From positions 248,001 through 312,000 of the forward strand of contig OX337235.1 of the NCBI GenBank assembly GCA_946965045.2: a stretch of DNA of 64,000 nucleotides, read 5' to 3'. Each line of letters starts with the position of its first letter. The first letter of the stretch is position 1. A program made the position numbers and the translations under genes. Below the pieces are notes generated by a model. That model did not search any database. It was not told where the DNA came from and saw only the letters and a program-made list of their open reading frames with translations. Origin of the DNA: Epithemia pelagica. Taxonomy: Eukaryota > Protista > Bacillariophyta. Positions 56,833 through 64,000 of the stretch are shown here, piece after piece.

Positions 56833-58100
56833 CTGGAAACAATCATCCATCAACAGTCACAATCAATTTAAAAGAAGAACGTCCATCGATTGTCATTGAG
56901 AATCAATTTCAACACAAGTTTCAGCAAGAGAAACCCGAATAAAGCAATTTAGAAAGAGATGGCAAAGAGTTAGCCGATACATCCACAAACAACAACAAAT
57001 CAAAGGCGGCAAATGCAAGTGATATCTCGATGGATTCCTGTGTATGCCTCTTGAAACTGAACCTAATTGAAGCACATTATACTCGACCGATATTGAGAGT
57101 TTAATCAAAAGAACCAAAGCAAAGCCATCCCATCCAATGGGGACAGCAACGCGGTCGGATGGATTACAGCAGCCGACAGATTCCAGATTGGTGCTGGAAT
57201 CTCTCCAAGCATTCTCGCGAACCGGAGATCGCGACCTTCCACGGCAATAGGACGTCATACCCTCAGAGAACCTACCATTTTTGCAGTCTTTTCTTCGTGT
57301 ATCGATGCCCAACGTGCCACTCTCTCTCAACAAAAGGTCTTCCAATGGCGGTCGGCGTGCTCTTGGAGATGGTCGCCGTCGTTGTCTCGTGCGTGTCCAC
57401 CGCGACTCTTTCCCAACAATGATTCAAAATTCAAAAGTTCAAGAATCAATCCCAACCTCACAGTCAGTCCATCGTACGAAGGTGACTTACGAGCGACTGG
57501 AATCTTGAGTCCGAACACAGAACAGGTAGACACCATAGCAAATACTCCTCTTGTCCTCGCAAGCCGCCGTCGACCGACCGCCGATTGGGAGTGATGACTC
57601 TGAGGAGTAAAAGTGTCGTATTAAATGAAAGTTACGATGGGTTCCCCAAGTTCCGTAGTCGAGTTCGTAGTTCGTGTTTGTGCCCAAGCGGTCCTTATTT
57701 CAATTATCGATATAATTCTAATTGTTAATTGTTGTATGGATTATGGACCACCGCCGACTACCGACGTAATGAGTGATGAGTCAAAAGAAGTGCAAAGTGC
57801 CAAGAAGTCAAGAAGGAGTCGGAGTCGGAAGTTCTGCCTTTCGCCTCCATTCCCAGATTTTCCACAGAAAAACCACGAACGACGAAGACATCTAGATTTT
57901 CCTGTTCGGAGTCCAGCACAGGATAAAAGCCTGAAGGGGAGCGATCAGAGAACAAAACGGAGATCTGTTCCTATTATTTCCAACCAGGGGAGTAAAGGTC
58001 GCAGTTCGGGAACTTGGGGATTGTTGGGTCTGTGAAAGTCTCGTTACCACTTGAGAGTCTGTAGACTTGTAGCAATTGCCATGTAAATGCGAATCCAAGC

Positions 58101-59653
58101 ATGAATACAGAGCAAGCGTTGTCGGAAGAGGATAATTGGACTGCTGCTTCTTCTGAGGACGATAGTGAGCCTTCTGAGTCATCCAGAGCGAACTTGGAGG
58201 AACCGTCGATAGTCCACGGTTTTAGCCGTGCACATCTTTTGGACGTTCTGGAGGAGCTTCGAACGAGGGCTCGCCAGAATGTCGTCGAGGTACGTCAACT
58301 GTTCAAAGGTGTCTCTGAGAGAGATGATCGCAAGTCTGCGGTAGTATGCTGCACGACTTCTTGCTTTGTCTGCTTTTCTCACTATATTTGTAGTTTATTC
58401 AAACTATTCCACAAGATGAGAAGCTTGGTTACCTCGAAGCAGTTTCTCGAGCTCCAGACCTAGTAGCCACTGAGACGGATCCAATGCATTTCGTTCGGTG
58501 TTGCGATTACAGCATAGAGCCGGCTGCTCGTCGTCTTCTTCTTTACTGGAACGAGCGACAAAAGCTCTTTGGAGAGGATCGAGCCTTTTTGCCCATGAAG
58601 CTGACAGGAACGGGAGCTTTGACCAACAGCGATGTCTTGCAGCTAAAGGGTGGCTTCCCTGCCTTGTTGCCCAAGACAACCACGGGTCTTCAAGTGGCCT
58701 TCTACGATCGTCGACAAGCTATACAGACCGGCAATACGGTAGGAACGAGGGCACGATGCATGTTCTACTTGGCCCATTTGTTGGCTCAAGAAGACGATAG
58801 TTCCCAAACAGATGGAGCTGTCCTCCTGATCTTGCTCACAATACCACGAATCCACGGCTATGACAAAGAAACAACCAGGAAAGTATGGAGCCTAATGAAG
58901 AATGTATTACCGATGAAGTGGAAAATTCATATACTCAATTGTTTGCCAAAGAATCCTTCTAAACGATACGAGGTGCAAGATTTGATTTCTTCATATACCA
59001 ATGATATGATGGACCTTGGATTTGGTCCTGATGATACAAAAGTCCATTTCGAACGCGAAGAGGGCCAGCTGTTGAGAGAACTCATGGAAATGGGTCTAAC
59101 GAGAGAGGGGATTCCAGGGACCTTTGGGGGATCATGGACTTTTGATTCGTTCGCGAGATGGTGTCGAGACAGAGCCATAGACGAACGGATAAAGGAGCAG
59201 CAAGAAATGAACACTGAATCAGCAAGTCCTCGTGGAACTGCCTCTCCAGCTCGTGCGTCGCCGACTGCTGCTCCTGCATTGGACGAGGAGGGAGCGACAC
59301 TTGTCCGTCATCCATCATTCACAGGAACTTCGACTTCTTCACAACCGATGGATGACGAGTCCAGACGAACACGTCTTCGAGCAAGTAATGTGATTCACTC
59401 TCGTCGCAAACGTGATCGGAGGCGGCAAGAATTTGAGGATTTGAAGAAAGAACGGGATGAGTTGGCAGCCAAGCATAGTCTGTTGAAAGCCGAGCAGAGT
59501 CGCTTGGAATCATTCGTGCAAGAAGCCAATGGTATTATCCAGAGGAGGGAGGGTGCAGGGGCCATGACAGTGCAAGACGAGGACGGAGATTGCAAACCTG
59601 CAAGTGTTACCCAAAGATCACCCGGAGAAGGAAAGAGAGGAGGAGGAGGGTGA
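58101..59653 (+). CDS. CRAL-TRIO (Sec14)-like domain protein with a C-terminal bZIP
   Basis: Exons 58101-58289 and 58394-59653. DPMHFVRCCDY..EPAARRLLLYW..R..LFGEDRAFLP resembles a CRAL-TRIO N-terminal region. The bZIP has the basic N-x7-R motif (NVIHSRRKR) and a four-leucine heptad zipper. Confidence 0.8.
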
Positions 59654-61204
59654 CAATTATAGTCATGTACCCTTCGATCTCTCTGTTTCTCATCGTGCAG
59701 GTTGTGCCGCTGGCCTGCTAGCAGTCGCTTGGTTTCAACAAGGACTACAACGAGAGCATGCACGCATTGCCTCGCCCCTCATAAAGACAACCGAGCATCC
59801 TCCCCTCGTGCCTCCAGTTTCAGATGGAGGCTCGGTCTCAACTGCTTGTGCCTCTGCTTCACAATAAGCCTCTGGGAGCGCTCCTGGCCACGATGAGCGA
59901 AAGGTGTGAAGAGGGTTGGTGCCACTTCATAGTCATCAAGTTCCTCGTTTCTTGCCAGGAGAACTATGCTTTCGAATAGTATTATGCCATAGATCTTTGG
60001 ACATTGGCTGGTTTCGCCCCCAGGTGGCACCAAGAACAAGCCTGATCTTCAGGTAATGTGCAATCGTTCGGGCAGACGTAGCTAGACAGGTGTTGTCCTA
60101 ATTGGTGTCCGCTGGTGTAGCTCCCAGTCTGACATTACCCCTCTGACTGCTCCTGAGGTTCTCCCCCTGTGGCTCTTGTCATAGGATACATTTCAGGTGG
60201 TTTGCATTGTAATGCAGCATGCTGTGAGCTTGTAGGGGAAGAGTTCTAGTAGGTTTGATGGTGTTTCTTTCAGGCTGCACACGTCCCTCATGGAGCCATT
60301 GATTGGCTCAGTGTGTCCATCTTGAACAAGACTCCCCCAATGCTACCAGTTATCCATATTGAAAGATGGAACATGGACCCTTCAATAACCTTTGGCGATG
60401 CCTTCCTTGTATGAGTGTGGAAATCCGAAGAGCTTGTGTTGGAGTCGTGGGAGAGGTCAACTGGAAAAACAGAAAGGATGGGCCCTTCCCTCTTCTCTGT
60501 GACACTACAACCAAGGTGGTCGGCTCTTGTCATGTCCCTCGTCGAAAAGACATGATGATAACACGAGAACCTGCTCCCAGCTACCTCCAAAGGGTGTACT
60601 TCTCCTCGCTGCTCTCAATAGCGACCTTTTGAAAAGGAGCACCAGGATGCCTCGTGGCCATCCAAGGAGAAACGAATGCCACCGTGGCAAGTAGTACAAG
60701 GTAGAAAGTGTTTCTATTTCCCTACCAAAGGTTAGGTAGGCCCACTGCTTGATTGCTGTCGGTGCGCCATTTTGTACGAACTTCGTTGCAGACGTAGTCG
60801 TAAGGTGAATGTTGCGAAAAACTCAACATCCCATAGGCAACCGTCCAATCATGTCCCTGGGGCTTGGGTTGTCGATGTCCATTGTCGACGATCTACCAAG
60901 TGGGAAGCATGTTTCAGGTAGACGCCCTAAGCCCCGCTGGTTGTGGTTTGTGTGGCAATTGGGAATATGTCAGCTTGACAAAACCAAGCGGAATGTCGTT
61001 AAATCCTGTTGATTGAGACGAACAACTTGAAGCTAGCGAGATGCAAAGTAGTATGACGAAGGAGGAAGCCCTTCGTCATTCGGAAGTCGGGACCCAAAAG
61101 CGTACTGCCTATTCCCAAAGATCCTGTTCTCTATGATCTATGAGGCGCTTAAAGTTTAAAGTTTAGATGTAGACTTGTCTTGAGTTTTGATTGTCCTCTG
61201 TCTA

Positions 61205-61638
61205 CCGTATTTTCCTGATTCCTGGTTCCCCTATAGTCCTGGACCCCCCTCCCCCCTTAAACGTACATGGCCCCCTAAATTTTTATCACTAGGTTCTTTC
61301 CAGGTTTTAGGGTTACCCCCACATTCCTCACGTTCCAAGCTTTCCATCGAACTGCCTGACATTAGATGGGAGTGAATCGAAGAGGAGAAACAAGAGATAC
61401 AGCATGATGGGTATTGTTATTAGGGTTAAGGCTACGTTTGGAAGCACGGTCTTTCCCCTAACTGGATTAGTGCGACCAACCCTTCTCTACAACCCCGATG
61501 TTGAACATGAACTTTACTATTAAGTTAATTGTACTGTGTGAATGGAATCTTAAAAAAAATTTCCAAAATTGCCGGAGTCCTGGACCCCCCGCCCTGAATC
61601 ATGTACATTCCGGGGGTCCAGGAATCCGGAAAATACGG
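61205..61638. mobile_element. MITE, Tc1/mariner-pogo type (434 bp)
   Basis: About 27-bp TIRs CCGTATTTTCC(T/G)GATTCCTGG(TT/AC)CCCC and TA TSD at 61203-61204 and 61639-61640. Confidence 0.88.
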
Positions 61639-62064
61639 TAGCCTCACTCCTCATCTGAAGACTCATCCCGCAAATAACGAACTTGAGCTAGCAATCGAGC
61701 AAGTTTACTACTTAGGAGTACGATTTTCTCGCCACCCCCTGATAAGAGGGATTAATTTGTTTTTCCAAAGAAATTTCAAACTCAGAAACACCCCCGCTAA
61801 GGGCCTGGTATCTCGCATCAAGAATCAAGACCTCTCTGCTACTACCTAGTAGAGCTAGTTGCTGGGCATTCTTGTGTCTTCCGGTATTGGTTGCAGTCGC
61901 GATTCGATAATATGGAGAAGACAAAGAACAGGACCAAAAAAGAAGTAGAGGAAATTACCACATAAATATATGTTGCTCCTCTAGCTATGTTAGGAGTATA
62001 TCTTTGAAAAACGTTCAAATTCTAGCTCCTAGAGTGCATCAAACAAAAACCGGAACACACCATC

Positions 62065-63255
62065 ATGAATCAAGATGAGGACTCTGAATCTTCCTCCTTG
62101 GCACATTTGACACAAGTAGATGCTGCTCATGGCAATGGGTCAACTGTGGATCAAGATGATGGACTCCACAGCGGCTTGGGTCTGGAGGAGTTACGGACTC
62201 GGGCACGCAAACATGTAGAAGAGGTAAGCCATGTGTGTTGGACTGCATCGTTCATTTCTCTACAAATGTCGTCCTGATTGAAAATGCCAGTACATCCGAG
62301 GCATTCCAATGAGCGAGAAGCTCGAATACATGGAAGGTCTCTCCAGGTCTCCAGATCTTGTCGCTTCAGAGTCAGATCCTCTTCAATTTGTGCGCTTTTG
62401 CAACTATAACGTGTGGGCGGCAGGGGAACGTCTTGTACGATACTGGAAAGCACGAAAGGAGGCATTTGGTGATGAACGTGCTTTCTTGCCGTTGATCCTC
62501 ACAGGAAGGGGTGCCCTGACCGATGGTGATGTACTTCAGCTGAAGGCTGGGTATCCAGCTGTACTTCCAAACACACGAACTGGCCTTCAAGCTGTGTTTT
62601 GTGATCGTCGACAGAGCCTTCAATCAACATCTGTGGAATCACGAGTGCGGTGTGCCTTCTACATTGGTCATCTCCTATCGCAAGATCCGATGGCTCAATC
62701 AGATGGAGTGGTTTGCCTGGTCCTGCTGACGACTCCTCGAGTTCAAGGTTATGACCCAAACTTCATAAGGAGAATATATACCTTGGGGAAACATGTGCTT
62801 CCCATTAAATGGCAACTTCATGTTCTCAACTATTTACCTAAAAGCCCTGCTAAACGATTCGCCGTGCAGGATCTGATCACCTCGTACGTTGCTGAGATTA
62901 TGAAGATTGGCTTTGGGCCTGAAGATACAGAAATCCATATTGAACGTGAAGATGGACAAATACTACAAGAACTTCTCGATATTGGTCTGCCGACAGAGGG
63001 AATTCCAGATGCCGCGGGTGGATCATGGAGCTTTGAGCAGTCTGCCAAATGGTGCCGAGAAAGAGCCACAGCCGAAAGACACAAGTATCACAACCTACAA
63101 TCATCTCCACAGCGAACAGCGGCGGCTACTGCATCTCCTGCTCGACCAGTAGTTGAATCTATAGGAGTGCCTACTGAACAAATGAGTCGAGTGACAAGCA
63201 CTTCAACGATGGCGGGAGCAAGTTCCTGTTCATCTGTTGTCATGGACGAGGCTAC
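62065..63255 (+). pseudogene. Paralog of the CRAL-TRIO-bZIP gene, truncated by an LTR before the bZIP
   Basis: Exon 1 62065-62223, intron, exon 2 from about 62291. It is collinear with 58101-59653 up to MDEAT, then reads into LTR sequence. Confidence 0.8.
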
Positions 63256-64000
63256 TGTTAGAGCCAGTTGCTCAGCCTTCAGCCTATGCAATGGCACGCT
63301 TGTTTCTCCTTACAAACTTCGTTTTCGCTATAGAGTGAGCTCTCTCAGCTCGTCGTTAATCTAGTCTTAGTTTGAGCTTCCACGACCTTCTCCGATCAAA
63401 ATGTCCCTGTAACTTCTTGTCGTGGTCATTCCATAGGCATTAAGACCGGCGTCTGATCCGGCCATGGCTTTTCCTTTCTTGTTATCCTTGTTATCATGAT
63501 GTGGTTGACTTGTGTCCCCATCTGTATTGCTGCCGTCCCAGTATGACTTCTTGTCTCCCTGGTGGACAAGTTTGGTCTTTGGCGTAATCGGCATTGCTTC
63601 CGAATGACCAGCTTCCGAATCGTTCGTCCGTCGGTTCTCGTGCTTCAACACACTCCTTGGGTCCTCCATCTGGTCAGTTGGTGGATCCATTCCCATTACA
63701 AGGTTCCGCAACTTGTGAAACAGGTGTCCTTGAAGAGGCTTTGTGAAAAAGTCCGCTATCATGTCCTTGGTTGGACAGTGTTCGATTGATATTTCCCCTT
63801 TCTTCACTTGGTCGGTGATATAACAATAACGTATGTGCATGTGTTTGGTTCATTTCGTGCTTCATTGACGTCCATTCTTCTCAAGAAGTATAGAACTCAA
63901 GTTATCTTGATACAGCACGTTTGCAGCGATGGAAAACCCTTGCGCTTCCAAGAACATTTTGGTCCACAATATCTGTGGAAGGACATCGTGCACGCCGACA
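63256..64000 (-). mobile_element. 3' end of a third, decayed Ty1/copia element (runs off the window)
   Basis: LTR 63256-63650 (TG...CA). RNase H end YQDNLSS...HMHIRY...MIADFFTKPLQG, with two in-frame TGA codons (63850, 63862). Confidence 0.88.

Noticed and set aside
59850-60620. Possible decayed gene on the minus strand
   Set aside because: The best frame has about 8 stops in about 240 codons, close to random expectation, and no convincing motif.
61305-61430. Telomeric TTAGGG
   Set aside because: Only two isolated hexamers inside the MITE, not an array.

Overview
Eukaryotic DNA, most likely from a diatom. This rests on CoDi-type Ty1/copia elements, DUF6824-like proteins, and a Z-ISO gene with a signal peptide plus an 'A-F' bipartite plastid-targeting motif. 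Roughly half of the window is nested transposable elements. (1) A decayed Ty1/copia spans 181-12661 (TSD CTAAC). Its 5' LTR is split by a 6.1-kb TIR DNA transposon (6372-12485), which encodes a decayed RAG1/Transib-like DDE transposase and, tail-to-tail with it, an intact ORF with a BAH-like domain. This is the most unusual object in the window. (2) A hAT element (21747-32904, 8-bp TSD) is interrupted by a young, intact Ty1/copia with apparently identical 783-bp LTRs and an extra upstream ORF. (3) There are also a piggyBac transposase remnant, two TA-flanked non-autonomous TIR elements, and a third copia that truncates a host gene at the right edge. Host genes include Z-ISO, QCR6, two tandem subtilisins, two PDZ/coiled-coil/tail-anchor paralogs, two DUF6824-like proteins, a signal-peptide/HEDL SET-domain protein and two CRAL-TRIO-like paralogs, one fused to a bZIP. 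No rRNA, tRNA or CRISPR array was found. All family assignments come from motif recognition by eye; no searches were run.
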